From a virus (taxonomy: Duplodnaviria > Heunggongvirae > Uroviricota > Caudoviricetes), in IMG/VR virus record IMGVR_UViG_3300045988_034843: a DNA stretch of 25,609 nt; one strand, written 5' to 3'. Below, in pieces: positions 15,847 to 24,204 of the stretch. Position 1 is the stretch's first letter; each line of letters begins with the position of its first letter. A program made the translations under genes and the position numbers. Below the pieces are notes generated by a model that was not told where the DNA came from, did not search any database, and saw only the letters and a list, made by a program, of their open reading frames with translations.

Positions 15847-16169
15847 CACTCACCTCCGTTACCGTACAGAGTTTCAGCCGCTGATTTTTCTACATCCCCG
15901 GAAACAGGAGCGATCGCCATATCAGTGATCTGCAGATCGGCGCTGCGATTAACGCCATCGTCAGTTTCTCTGGCAGACAGGCCTCGAATAACAGCCTTTG
16001 CAGTTATCATCACTTCCGTTCCGACGCCCTTAGGTTGCGCCTTCAGCTTATTCAATGTGTCGTTATTCAGCGTGATGCACAGCCCCCACGGGTATTCATC
16101 GCGAGTTCTGGTTTCTCCGCTCTCATCCTGGTAGCTGTCAGTGCCGGTTTTGAGGTTTACGAGTTCCAT
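15846..16169 (-). CDS. Small structural protein (107 aa), possible head-tail connector component
   Basis: ATG at 16169 with GGAG RBS (track ORF 15846-16175 starts at an upstream GTG); first gene after the intercistronic terminator. Confidence 0.5.
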   Translation of the reverse strand: MELVNLKTGTDSYQDESGETRTRDEYPWGLCITLNNDTLNKLKAQPKGVGTEVMITAKAVIRGLSARETDDGVNRSADLQITDMAIAPVSGDVEKSAAETLYGNGGE

Positions 16170-16187
16170 ATACACTCCTGCAATAAA

Positions 16188-16201
16188 GGGGCCGAAGCCC
16201 C
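16188..16201 (-). terminator. Intercistronic terminator-like hairpin GGGGC-TTCG-GCCCC + TTTATTG (minus-strand reading)
   Basis: GC stem with tetraloop followed by a T-rich tract on the minus strand, between the stop at 16220 and the next start at 16169. Confidence 0.5.
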
Positions 16202-16219
16202 TTGTCTGATCCGCGAGGC

Positions 16220-16555
16220 TTACACGCCCAGTTCTTTACGCTTATCTGCGATCTTCTCGCGGAGCGTTTCGGCTTTGGCGTTATGGTGTGGCTTCTCGTT
16301 AAAGAGCAATTCGTACTCTTCACGGAGCTTATCCAGTTCACCATCATCTGACACATCGTTGATGATTTTGGTGCTGGTTGCTGCCATTGACACCTTTCCT
16401 GCAACTTTTGCTTTTGCCTGTCTGGCTGCATCGTTAACAGGTTCCAGTGCGCTACCAGGCTCACCTTCGTATTCGATTTCTGCCCCCTCCGGCCACAGAG
16501 TGTTATGGATATGAGAGAGGCGCAGAACGCGGTATCTTGGTTTCTCACCTGACAT
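16220..16555 (-). CDS. Small head-associated protein (111 aa), unknown function
   Basis: ATG at 16555 with AAGGTGA RBS directly after the upstream stop (track ORF 16220-16564). Confidence 0.5.
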   Translation of the reverse strand: MSGEKPRYRVLRLSHIHNTLWPEGAEIEYEGEPGSALEPVNDAARQAKAKVAGKVSMAATSTKIINDVSDDGELDKLREEYELLFNEKPHHNAKAETLREKIADKRKELGV

Positions 16556-16565
16556 CAATATCACC

Positions 16566-17003
16566 TTAACCAGTTACTTTTGAGCGGATCGGATACGGCG
16601 TATTGGCATCAACATCAAGATTGATACCCGCAGTGAATTTGCCAGCCGTTAGTGGGCCAGTTGCGACGGAGTAGTTAACACGCAGATATCGCTGAACACC
16701 GGCTGGCACCTTTGCAGAAACAACTCGCTTACCTGCTGTCAGGGTGGCCTTTGCCAGTGCGCCACTATCATAAATAGTGGACCATGAGCTGTTATTATCA
16801 CTCGTCTGCAACTGGATGTTTACAGTTGCCTCACCACTTGCCGTGGCGGCTTCGTTAACCAGCACCCAAAACTCAAGCGGATAACCCACGCCGATATCGC
16901 GACGGTTTCCATCAATTGGACCGAGATCGATTACGTCAGTAGAAGCCGCGGTATTCGTAACCGCCTGAGCTTCGGAGAACATCAACAGTTTGTCGGTGAT
17001 CAT
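16566..17003 (-). CDS. Putative head decoration / capsid accessory protein (145 aa)
   Basis: Track ORF; GGAGA RBS; immediately downstream of the major capsid gene; Thr/Ala/Gly-rich. Confidence 0.45.
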   Translation of the reverse strand: MITDKLLMFSEAQAVTNTAASTDVIDLGPIDGNRRDIGVGYPLEFWVLVNEAATASGEATVNIQLQTSDNNSSWSTIYDSGALAKATLTAGKRVVSAKVPAGVQRYLRVNYSVATGPLTAGKFTAGINLDVDANTPYPIRSKVTG

Positions 17004-17054
17004 CTTCTTTCTCCATTAGTGGGCCTGTTGCGGCCCACAGGTTAATAACAGGCG

Positions 17055-18047
17055 TTACACCACGCGGGCTTCTGTTTCCAGAAGTGCGTCAGTTTCGCGA
17101 ATCGGCACACCACGAATTTCTGTCCACCATTCGCCTTCTGTCTCTTTCACGCTGATCGCCAGAGAACTCTTCTCCAGAGATTGCAGGTCAAGCACTTCGT
17201 TAATGGTTCTGTTCATGTAGAAAATAGGACGTCCCATCCCACGATTTGGGATTCGATGAAGGGCACGAATCATCAGTTTTGCGATATTCGCAGCAGTAGA
17301 AGGAGCGTCAAGATTGCTGACATCGATGTTTGCAATGCGAACAACATAGCGCCAGTCACGCAATGTCAGCCCGTTGTCCCACTTATAATGGGTACGATAA
17401 CCTTCGTACTTGCCGCCATTAGCATCTTCCAGTGTCACCTGGCCTTTATCTTCCATCTGGATGCCAGCCTTCTGCCCTTTCGGGAAGATGCCATGCACGG
17501 TGTTTTCGCCCCACACCACTAACCAGATTGAAGTGTTATCTGTACCCGTGCCACCAGCATCAATGATGTTCTGAGCATTACCCGCAGACAGGCTGGAATA
17601 GCGGGAGGACAGTCCCATAAACTGCTGAGGGTTAACGCTGGAATCACCGTAAAACAGCGTCTGCGCCATCGCCTGATTCATCGCTTCAATAAATGCTCGG
17701 TCTTCAGACAGGCGGAATTCGGCAGTATTACCGTTCAGATCAGCCAGAGACTTATCGACTTCAGCATAGGTTTCCAGCATGCCAATGGAATCAGTGACCT
17801 GCACCGTTGTTGATTTGCTCGGTTGTACGCCATAGTTCAGCAAACGCCAAGTAGCGGAAGGCAAACCAGAACGAATGGTGGTTCGGTGTCCGGTAGGAAG
17901 GTTTCCTTCAACAAAAGGCATATCCTGAAGGATTGGGTTGGTTTGACTGAGAAGCTCGATAATCTTATCGACTTTCCCGTTTGGATCGACGCGCTTACCC
18001 CAGTCAGCCAGCGTTAGCGCAGTTAAGCCTTTAACAGCCATTGTCAT
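17055..18047 (-). CDS. Major capsid protein (330 aa; start may be the second ATG at 18041)
   Basis: Track ORF; directly downstream of an acidic scaffold-like gene and upstream of the decoration-like genes; size typical for podovirus capsid proteins; GAGAGGAA RBS. Confidence 0.6.
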   Translation of the reverse strand: MTMAVKGLTALTLADWGKRVDPNGKVDKIIELLSQTNPILQDMPFVEGNLPTGHRTTIRSGLPSATWRLLNYGVQPSKSTTVQVTDSIGMLETYAEVDKSLADLNGNTAEFRLSEDRAFIEAMNQAMAQTLFYGDSSVNPQQFMGLSSRYSSLSAGNAQNIIDAGGTGTDNTSIWLVVWGENTVHGIFPKGQKAGIQMEDKGQVTLEDANGGKYEGYRTHYKWDNGLTLRDWRYVVRIANIDVSNLDAPSTAANIAKLMIRALHRIPNRGMGRPIFYMNRTINEVLDLQSLEKSSLAISVKETEGEWWTEIRGVPIRETDALLETEARVV

Positions 18048-18055
18048 TTCCTCTC

Positions 18056-18751
18056 TTATTTTCCATAGAGCACTTCGGCCGCACTACGCTGGCCTTCATT
18101 ACCACCGGTGACCATGCCATCTTCAGACATCGCCTTTCCGATTTTCACGAACGTTTTGACCAGATCAGGGTGATTACCCAGCCCGGTGGTGTTCAGATAT
18201 TCTTTGAGTTCAGGTGTCCCGAACTGGTCAAGCGCACGCTGTGCGGCGCTAAGGTTAGAAATCAACTTGTCGCCACCGATTTCTTTGTCAGCTTTTACAT
18301 CCGCAGCCCACTGCTCGGTTGTTTTCTGCCAGGCTTCTGCCTGGCGCTGCTGAACACCTGCCAGAATCTTCGGATAAGCATCAACCAGCTTTTGCGCTTG
18401 CTCGTTGGTCAGGTTTAGTTCTCGCGCCACCGGCTCGAACTCCTTCAACGCTTCTGTATCCAGCTCTACGCCTTCGGCAGCCTGAAACTCGTACTTTTCA
18501 GGCGCACCCTCTGGTTTATCGCCGTCCTTTTTTTCATCCTGCTTATCGTTTTCAGGCTTTTTGTCATCAGCAGGTTTATCGCCATCAGCAACAGGTTGTG
18601 GCTTATCACCTTCCTGTTGTGATGGATCACCAACTGGAGCAGGGTTATCACCTGCAGGCGCTGACGGTTCTGACGCAGCCGGAGCTGCTCCACCATCGAC
18701 TGGTTGCTCATTGCAAAGACGGCGATACAGCAAACGCTCAAATAAATTCAT
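18056..18751 (-). CDS. Scaffolding-like protein (231 aa)
   Basis: ATG at 18751 (track ORF 18056-18757); strongly acidic, Pro/Ala/Asp/Lys-rich low-complexity N-terminal half; position between portal and capsid. Confidence 0.55.
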   Translation of the reverse strand: MNLFERLLYRRLCNEQPVDGGAAPAASEPSAPAGDNPAPVGDPSQQEGDKPQPVADGDKPADDKKPENDKQDEKKDGDKPEGAPEKYEFQAAEGVELDTEALKEFEPVARELNLTNEQAQKLVDAYPKILAGVQQRQAEAWQKTTEQWAADVKADKEIGGDKLISNLSAAQRALDQFGTPELKEYLNTTGLGNHPDLVKTFVKIGKAMSEDGMVTGGNEGQRSAAEVLYGK

Positions 18752-18753
18752 GA

Positions 18754-19050
18754 TCACTCCTGTTCACTGGCCTCTTTGGCCATCTTCAAATACTGTTCAG
18801 GGCAATGCGCCATAACGCGCTGAAACAGTTCCAGCGCCAGATTGCGTTGCCCCTCATTAAATGCCATTGCCATAGCGTCCATCGGTGAGATAGCGGAAAA
18901 CACACGGCCTTTCTCCAGCACCGACCAGACAACGCGACGCCCCTGTTCACTGCTCATGACAAAGCAAATGTCATCAATTTCACGCTGTGCCATGTCACGT
19001 TGCTTACGGGCGTTTTCTTCTTTCAGTTGATCGTCTTCGTAATCTGTCAT
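18754..19050 (-). CDS. Hypothetical protein (98 aa)
   Basis: Track ORF; ATGA overlap with the portal stop; charged, no motif recognised. Confidence 0.5.
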   Translation of the reverse strand: MTDYEDDQLKEENARKQRDMAQREIDDICFVMSSEQGRRVVWSVLEKGRVFSAISPMDAMAMAFNEGQRNLALELFQRVMAHCPEQYLKMAKEASEQE

Positions 19051-20726
19051 TGTGATTGCCCACCCTGACCACTAACTGCATTCGCCATAGCTGACAAAAC
19101 ACTCGGATCCGAAGTTTTAGCTTCGCTTAGCGTCTTGGCACCCTGTGCCGCCGCCATCCCCATCGCCATCATTTGTTGCTGCTGTTGTTGCTGTGCCCGT
19201 TGCTGGCGAGCCTGCTCAACCTGTTCCTGCGGAACAATGACGGTTGGAGACACTCCGGACATATCAGCGAATGCATCGATCGCCTGATCAACGTTGAGTT
19301 TGTCGAGAGCTTCTGGTTTCGCTTGCGCAAGTTGACCAATGAAGTTGACCGTAGACACCAGACTGGACAGGCCGATAGACTTCTGCGCCTGAGCCATGAC
19401 GGAAATGTATTCGACCTTCAGGGGCATACCTTCCATCGCGTCAGGCGGTGGCGGCAGCATGTTTTTACGCACCATCATCGAGAAAGCGCGGTCAATGAGA
19501 GGATTAAGACATTCGTCGTTCAGACGCTCCAGAACCGGCCCCAACATCAGAAGTTTTTCTTCTTTCATTTCGATCACCGCTTCAACAGGCATCGAGCGGG
19601 TATTGATGTTCTGCAACATCATGAACAGATCGACAAAGTAGGCGCTGTTAATGATTTGACGGGTGTCCTGAATGTCTGCCACCAAATCTGCTGTACTGGG
19701 GTTAACCAGATAAGCAGGCCTGAAACCATCCTGACCAGTAATCTGATCGATATACGTGATGTCGCCAGGAAGAAGGGAGGCACGCTGATTCTTGAGGGAA
19801 GTCGGAGCAACCATCGGCGGATTGGTGGCTTTATCAATCAACTGCGACTTGCGCTTCTGGAGAAGCTGCAATGCCTTAACAGGTCCAAGCGCCAGCATAC
19901 CCGGGCATGATGATCCATAAACATCTTCGCCGTTAACTTCCCAGCGCGGAGCCATAATTGGAAACTCATCGAATCCGGACTCACGCAACAACTTGTCGTT
20001 ATCGCCACCAACCTCGTAATAAACCGATTTGAATGGCTTGTTCTTGCTATCCAGCTTCGATGTATCGCGGTCAATGTTCGGGTAAACCGAATGCATCACT
20101 TCAATCCACTTCTCGTAGGTTCCGCTTTCCCACATGCTTTTTACGGATTCGCTGACGTTATTTAGCCCGAACTCCTGAACAAGCTGACGAACAGTCATAG
20201 AGAACTTGCGAAAACAGGTGTCCACACTGCCACGAGGTGAGTTAGCCAGGTAGTAACTGCCTATCGGGAATGGCATTGTGCGAATGATGTCCTCGTCATC
20301 CTCCAGCACTGCCATTGCACCAGTGCTGTATGTGCCGAGGCTTCCGTATAACTGCGGCAGCGACTGATAGAGATTCGACTTATTGAACATATCGTTCATG
20401 CGGTTCTGCACCGCCTCAAGCCACAACTTAACAGGGCCATAATCCATCATTTCAGGATCTGGCGTAGCCAGGCGAAACCACGGACGCGCGGGGCTTGTGA
20501 TGCCTGACATCATGCCGCTGGCGAGAGTGCGCGCCGCCATAGTCCCGGTCGAATCAATAATGCGTGTATTGCGTCGATCGTTACGGTTAACCTCAGAAGT
20601 CAGAAAGCGGGAACCACGCGGGTTGATGTAATCACTCAACTCGCGCCAGTGCGGCTCGAACGACTGACGCTCGCTTTCAAGTTGTGCGAACTGTTTGTTC
20701 AATCGCTCTTTAGTTGTTTCCGCCAT
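19047..20726 (-). CDS. Portal protein (559 aa)
   Basis: Track ORF; position between terminase and scaffold/capsid, size appropriate; Gln-rich C-terminal tail; GGAGTCATTGAAATG initiation region. Confidence 0.6.
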   Translation of the reverse strand: MAETTKERLNKQFAQLESERQSFEPHWRELSDYINPRGSRFLTSEVNRNDRRNTRIIDSTGTMAARTLASGMMSGITSPARPWFRLATPDPEMMDYGPVKLWLEAVQNRMNDMFNKSNLYQSLPQLYGSLGTYSTGAMAVLEDDEDIIRTMPFPIGSYYLANSPRGSVDTCFRKFSMTVRQLVQEFGLNNVSESVKSMWESGTYEKWIEVMHSVYPNIDRDTSKLDSKNKPFKSVYYEVGGDNDKLLRESGFDEFPIMAPRWEVNGEDVYGSSCPGMLALGPVKALQLLQKRKSQLIDKATNPPMVAPTSLKNQRASLLPGDITYIDQITGQDGFRPAYLVNPSTADLVADIQDTRQIINSAYFVDLFMMLQNINTRSMPVEAVIEMKEEKLLMLGPVLERLNDECLNPLIDRAFSMMVRKNMLPPPPDAMEGMPLKVEYISVMAQAQKSIGLSSLVSTVNFIGQLAQAKPEALDKLNVDQAIDAFADMSGVSPTVIVPQEQVEQARQQRAQQQQQQQMMAMGMAAAQGAKTLSEAKTSDPSVLSAMANAVSGQGGQSQ

Positions 20727-20740
20727 TTCAATGACTCCGG

Positions 20741-20947
20741 TTACTGACCAAGCAGCGTTTTACCGCTGGTATTAGCAGTTGATGTGTCGCCCTGAGAACC
20801 GGTAAGCAGCGTAGAACTACGACCAGCAGCAGCGCGACGGCGACGAGTTTCTTCGTCGCGGGCATCAACAACGGCGGCATCCTGCTCCTGTGGTGCTGCC
20901 TGAACTTCTGGTGTTGCAGGCACTGATGGTGAGCTACCCATGCACAT
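20741..20947 (-). CDS. Small hypothetical protein (68 aa) upstream of portal
   Basis: Track ORF; initiation region GGAGTCATTGATATG nearly identical to that of the portal gene; the overlapping alternative frame 20728-20967 was not preferred. Confidence 0.4.
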   Translation of the reverse strand: MCMGSSPSVPATPEVQAAPQEQDAAVVDARDEETRRRRAAAGRSSTLLTGSQGDTSTANTSGKTLLGQ

Positions 20948-21036
20948 ATCAATGACTCCGTACGCAATTAAATTATTACCAATTTAACCACATATGATTT
21001 ATTTATCGTAGACAGTTGACATTTAACGCGCGAATT

Positions 21037-21051
21037 ATTACCTTTCAGGTA
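21037..21051. promoter_or_regulatory. Dyad operator-like site TTACC-TTTCA-GGTAA (copy 5)
   Basis: Same half-sites and spacing; preceded by TTGACA (21016-21021) 17 bp before TACCTT; lies between the 20947 minus-strand start and the plus-strand tRNA. Confidence 0.6.
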
Positions 21052-21374
21052 ACCAAAGAGTTCATTCCGGTTACTAACCTGACTGGCTTGTCGTTAAATT
21101 GAACAGGTGGAGTGAGCTTTTATTTTGAGCAGTACGGCGTATGGCACATGCGCCGATAGCGGTCTGGATGCGTTTAAGGGGCACCCTCCCTGGCTGTGGC
21201 AAACGAACCAGGTAGCCGGAATGTGCAAGTCGAGCGGTTTTATTCCGCGCACGGGGATTCACCATCCCGGCGATTCGGTGTGACGCCTCGGAAGAGACGA
21301 GGGTACAACGATGAGAGCATTTATGGAGCCGCGACAAAGTGTGGCGCCTTAACAGGCTAAGTGCTCTCAGCGTT

Positions 21375-21451
21375 GTGGCATTAGCTCAGTTGGACAGAGC
21401 AACCGCCTTCTAAGCGGTTGGTCGCAGGTTCGAATCCTGCATGCCACGCCA
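21375..21451 (+). tRNA. tRNA-Arg (anticodon UCU), 77 nt with encoded CCA
   Basis: Hand-folded cloverleaf: acceptor GTGGCAT/ATGCCAC, D-arm GCTC-AGTTGGACA-GAGC, anticodon stem ACCGC/GCGGT with loop CTTCTAA, T-arm GCAGG-TTCGAAT-CCTGC, discriminator G, CCA; close to but not identical with E. coli argU as I recall it. Confidence 0.85.
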
Positions 21452-21494
21452 GAATCACGCCTAAGGACCGTGATGCCAGAAGTTCCAGGGGCTT

Positions 21495-21536
21495 GGCGGT
21501 GATGGTTTCCCTTGAAGGACTATCACCGCCCTTTTT
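21495..21536 (+). terminator. Rho-independent terminator after the tRNA
   Basis: GGCGGTGAT...ATCACCGCC 9-bp stem followed by CTTTTT. Confidence 0.65.
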
Positions 21537-21614
21537 ACAGCAGGGCGCCATTGCGATGGCTTCATGCTGTAAACCAGTACAGCCACGGAAGGCATAACTC
21601 ATTGCTTCCAGTTC

Positions 21615-21638
21615 GCCCGGTTCGCCGGGCATTTTTTT
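21615..21638 (+). terminator. Rho-independent terminator-like hairpin abutting the RBS of the 140-aa gene
   Basis: GCCCGG-TTCG-CCGGGC followed by ATTTTTTT, then AAGGTGA RBS and ATG at 21650. Confidence 0.6.
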
Positions 21639-21649
21639 AAGGTGAGATC

Positions 21650-22072
21650 ATGAAAACAGCCGACATGCTAGCTAAATATCTAAATGAATGGCCGTGCAAA
21701 TATGTACGCATTGTTCAGGGTGATGATTCAATTTTTTATGGTGTTTTTGCAGGAAATGAAATGCTTTGTGAAGCAATTCCAGGTGAGCGACTTGCCGGGT
21801 TAACGCTTAGCGATGACCATGGAATAGGAGTTACTTGCCATGACTGGATTTCAGCGCAGAAAACTGAAATGGAAAAAGGCAATGTGTTTGATATTTCTCG
21901 CGCTGTATACGCCAAAGAAAAAAGTGATGATGATTACATGCGCGAAAACTTATACAACATGAAGTTACAATGCCTGGCTGAAGTGCTTAGTAAAAGATCT
22001 TTACTTGATGTGGTTGGTGCTGAGCAGGACGCCAAGGCAATCAACGCCGCATTCGATAAAATAACCTTCTAA
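21650..22072 (+). CDS. Hypothetical protein (140 aa), opposite-strand insert (moron) between terminase and portal
   Basis: Track ORF; AAGGTGA RBS; AT-rich relative to flanking structural genes; bracketed by terminators; no motif recognised. Confidence 0.65.
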   Translation: MKTADMLAKYLNEWPCKYVRIVQGDDSIFYGVFAGNEMLCEAIPGERLAGLTLSDDHGIGVTCHDWISAQKTEMEKGNVFDISRAVYAKEKSDDDYMRENLYNMKLQCLAEVLSKRSLLDVVGAEQDAKAINAAFDKITF

Positions 22073-22076
22073 CGCC

Positions 22077-22088
22077 GTGACATGTCAC
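22077..22088. repeat. 12-bp perfect palindrome GTGACATGTCAC (copy 2)
   Basis: Identical 16-mer context (CGTGACATGTCACAAT) to copy 3; sits between the stop at 22072 and the terminator at 22093. Confidence 0.6.
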
Positions 22089-22092
22089 AATC

Positions 22093-22117
22093 AGCCCGCC
22101 GATTCGCGGGCTTTTTT
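22093..22117 (+). terminator. Rho-independent terminator AGCCCGC-CGATTC-GCGGGCT + T6
   Basis: 7-bp stem and T-run; the T-run overlaps the last codons of the minus-strand terminase gene. Confidence 0.7.
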
Positions 22118-23591
22118 ATGCAAAAGGATCATAGTCTGTGATGGCTTTGCCTTGCTGGTTCTGCTGCCCGGGAATTCGCAGACGCTTCGACACAGGGAAC
22201 GCAAACGTCAGCAGTAGCGCATCGCCTTTACCAGGAGAACGCCCAAGTCGCTCTTTGATATCTTCCTTCGGTTCGATAACGATTTTACCGTCCACGCGAA
22301 CTTTGTACTCTGCCGTCGACAGGTCGTCCGCTGTTTCCTGGTCATCCAGCATGCCGCCGAGCCTCAGCCATGTCTTGCATGAGTTGAACATCTCCCCACG
22401 CTTGTTGAGCATCTGCGGGTCAGTAGACGCGCCACCGAACGGAACAAGTTGCCATGTACGACCCCAGCCGTCACCGATTGACTTCAAACCGGTTCCGTAA
22501 CCGAAGTCGATGAACACCGCGTCAGCCTGATACTGGTCTTCAAAGTCAGCGATACGCTTCGCCATAATCAGATCGTCGGTAGTCTTGTTGCCAGTCCACA
22601 GCACCTTACTGTGTAGCCCCTGCCGCAGGTATATCACCGCGTCATCAACGCCTGAATATGCCGGGTCAACACCGATTATCACCGGAGCATGTGCAACCTG
22701 CGCAGCGGTTACCACCCGTTTCATTGCCTCGTCAGTAAGACCGGTAGGGATAAACTGCAATTCAGATGCATCAGGGAATATGCCACGCACACGGATTTTA
22801 ACGAAGTCGCTATCTTCCCCGTAGTCATCAACCCATTTCTGCAACTGCTGTTTGTTGGTGCCTTCCACCGTCCTGCTGTCAATCTGCGCAGTTTTCCAGC
22901 GGTGTTTGTATTTGCGGAAACATTCACGGAAACGCCCGGTGTTACGTGTAGGGTTTCCGAAAGCCACCCAGATAATCTCAGTGTCTTCGTCCGTTAGCGC
23001 ACCCTCGGCAACTTCCCACACCAGATCCGCAATGTTCGACGCTTCATCAAATACCACGATGATGCGTTTACGCTCGTTGTGTAGTCCGGCGAATGCCTCA
23101 GTGTTGTGCTCAGACCAGGGGATTGCGTCAGCTCGCCACCGCTTGTCGTGCCCAGGGTCATTGCTGTACATCGCGGTAGCGGTACAGGTAAACCAGTCTT
23201 TCGTGATAGCAAGGTTTGACCACTTGATAATTTCCGGCCAGGTCTTCGTTCGTAGCTGGTTGTCGGTGTTGGCGGTCACCACGACCTTACAATCCTCGCA
23301 AGTGGACATGCCCCAGTTGATCAGCATTGAGATGAATGCGGATTTACCAATACCGTGACCAGAAGCACGTGCCAGCATAAGCGGCTGATATCGCGTCTCT
23401 GGATTCTGCAGGTGATCACGTATCTCTCGGAACGCATCAGCCTGCCACTGACGTGGGCCGGTGGCATGTGCCAGTTCAGTCCCCTCTTCCCCCCATGGGA
23501 ACGCATAGAGGGCATAGCCAAGCGGATCGTGAGTGAACCCTGCAATATCCTCGATTAACTGCTCTTCAGGAGATAACGCTGTATCTGTCAC
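22116..23591 (-). CDS. Terminase large subunit (491 aa)
   Basis: Track ORF; Walker A-like GHGIGKS, Walker B-like IIVVFDEAS, C-terminal acidic nuclease-like region (GVDPAYSGVDD); ATGA overlap with the upstream small subunit. Confidence 0.8.
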   Translation of the reverse strand: MTDTALSPEEQLIEDIAGFTHDPLGYALYAFPWGEEGTELAHATGPRQWQADAFREIRDHLQNPETRYQPLMLARASGHGIGKSAFISMLINWGMSTCEDCKVVVTANTDNQLRTKTWPEIIKWSNLAITKDWFTCTATAMYSNDPGHDKRWRADAIPWSEHNTEAFAGLHNERKRIIVVFDEASNIADLVWEVAEGALTDEDTEIIWVAFGNPTRNTGRFRECFRKYKHRWKTAQIDSRTVEGTNKQQLQKWVDDYGEDSDFVKIRVRGIFPDASELQFIPTGLTDEAMKRVVTAAQVAHAPVIIGVDPAYSGVDDAVIYLRQGLHSKVLWTGNKTTDDLIMAKRIADFEDQYQADAVFIDFGYGTGLKSIGDGWGRTWQLVPFGGASTDPQMLNKRGEMFNSCKTWLRLGGMLDDQETADDLSTAEYKVRVDGKIVIEPKEDIKERLGRSPGKGDALLLTFAFPVSKRLRIPGQQNQQGKAITDYDPFA

Positions 23592-24187
23592 TGATTGCCA
23601 TCCTGACGTTCTTTCAGTCTCTTCCTGGCTGCCGCTATGCGATCAGCAATTGTCACATTCACATTAACATCCAGGCGTTCTTTGAATGCGTTGACGTCGA
23701 CGTGCTTACCAATCAGTTCGAGGTTCTTCACCTTGTCAGGCCATTTAATTTTTTTGAGGATGCCAACCAGCTCTTTCTCGTCTCCACGGCCTTCGAACAT
23801 GTCGGCCAGTTCGAAACCTGTCAGGTACTGCCGCCAGACCTTAGGCCATTCCGAGACCGGCTTGATGCTCATATCGTCGTTGAGAATGTCAATCACGTCC
23901 ATCTGGTCGATCTCCACCAGGCGCATGAGAACGTAATCAGCACTGACGCGCATTCGTTTGTTGCGCTCCTCCATCAACTCGGCAATCCGTTTCTGAATGC
24001 GTTCATCGCGCATCATGACACTGGCTTTAACTGCCGCTGTATTTGGGGAGAATCCTGCATTAATCGCAGCCTGAGTCTGGTTTTCAGGCGTTTTGATGTA
24101 TGACTGGCAATAAGCCTCCTGCATTGCTGTTAGTGGCTTAAATTGCGTTGATTTGCGTTTATAGGTTTTAGGTTCAGCAGGCATCAT
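23588..24187 (-). CDS. Terminase small subunit (199 aa from ATGATG at 24187)
   Basis: Track ORF 23588-24265 begins at a TTG; the in-frame ATGATG at 24187 is preferred; helix-turn-helix-like TAMQEAYCQSYIKTPENQTQAAINAGFSP; directly upstream of and overlapping the large subunit. Confidence 0.55.
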   Translation of the reverse strand: MMPAEPKTYKRKSTQFKPLTAMQEAYCQSYIKTPENQTQAAINAGFSPNTAAVKASVMMRDERIQKRIAELMEERNKRMRVSADYVLMRLVEIDQMDVIDILNDDMSIKPVSEWPKVWRQYLTGFELADMFEGRGDEKELVGILKKIKWPDKVKNLELIGKHVDVNAFKERLDVNVNVTIADRIAAARKRLKERQDGNQ

Positions 24188-24204
24188 AACCACCGTGGTA
24201 ATAG

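Noticed and set aside
19140-19200. CAG/CAA-rich simple repeat
   Set aside because: It encodes the poly-Gln C-terminal tail of the portal protein (QQRAQQQQQQQ) and is in frame; it is not a CRISPR or other non-coding repeat.
20728-20967. Alternative 79-aa frame overlapping the 68-aa gene upstream of portal
   Set aside because: Arg/His/Leu-rich and without RBS; the 68-aa frame shares its initiation region with the portal gene.
21074-21337. Minus-strand ORF (87 aa) upstream of the tRNA
   Set aside because: Arg/His/Ser-rich with no RBS, in a GC-rich structured non-coding stretch; more likely RNA leader than protein.
21375-21451. tRNA as a prophage attachment site (att) or prophage boundary
   Set aside because: The tRNA is complete, sits between terminase and portal inside a contiguous phage module with phage genes on both sides, and no integrase or direct-repeat boundary is present in the window; it is interpreted as phage-encoded cargo.
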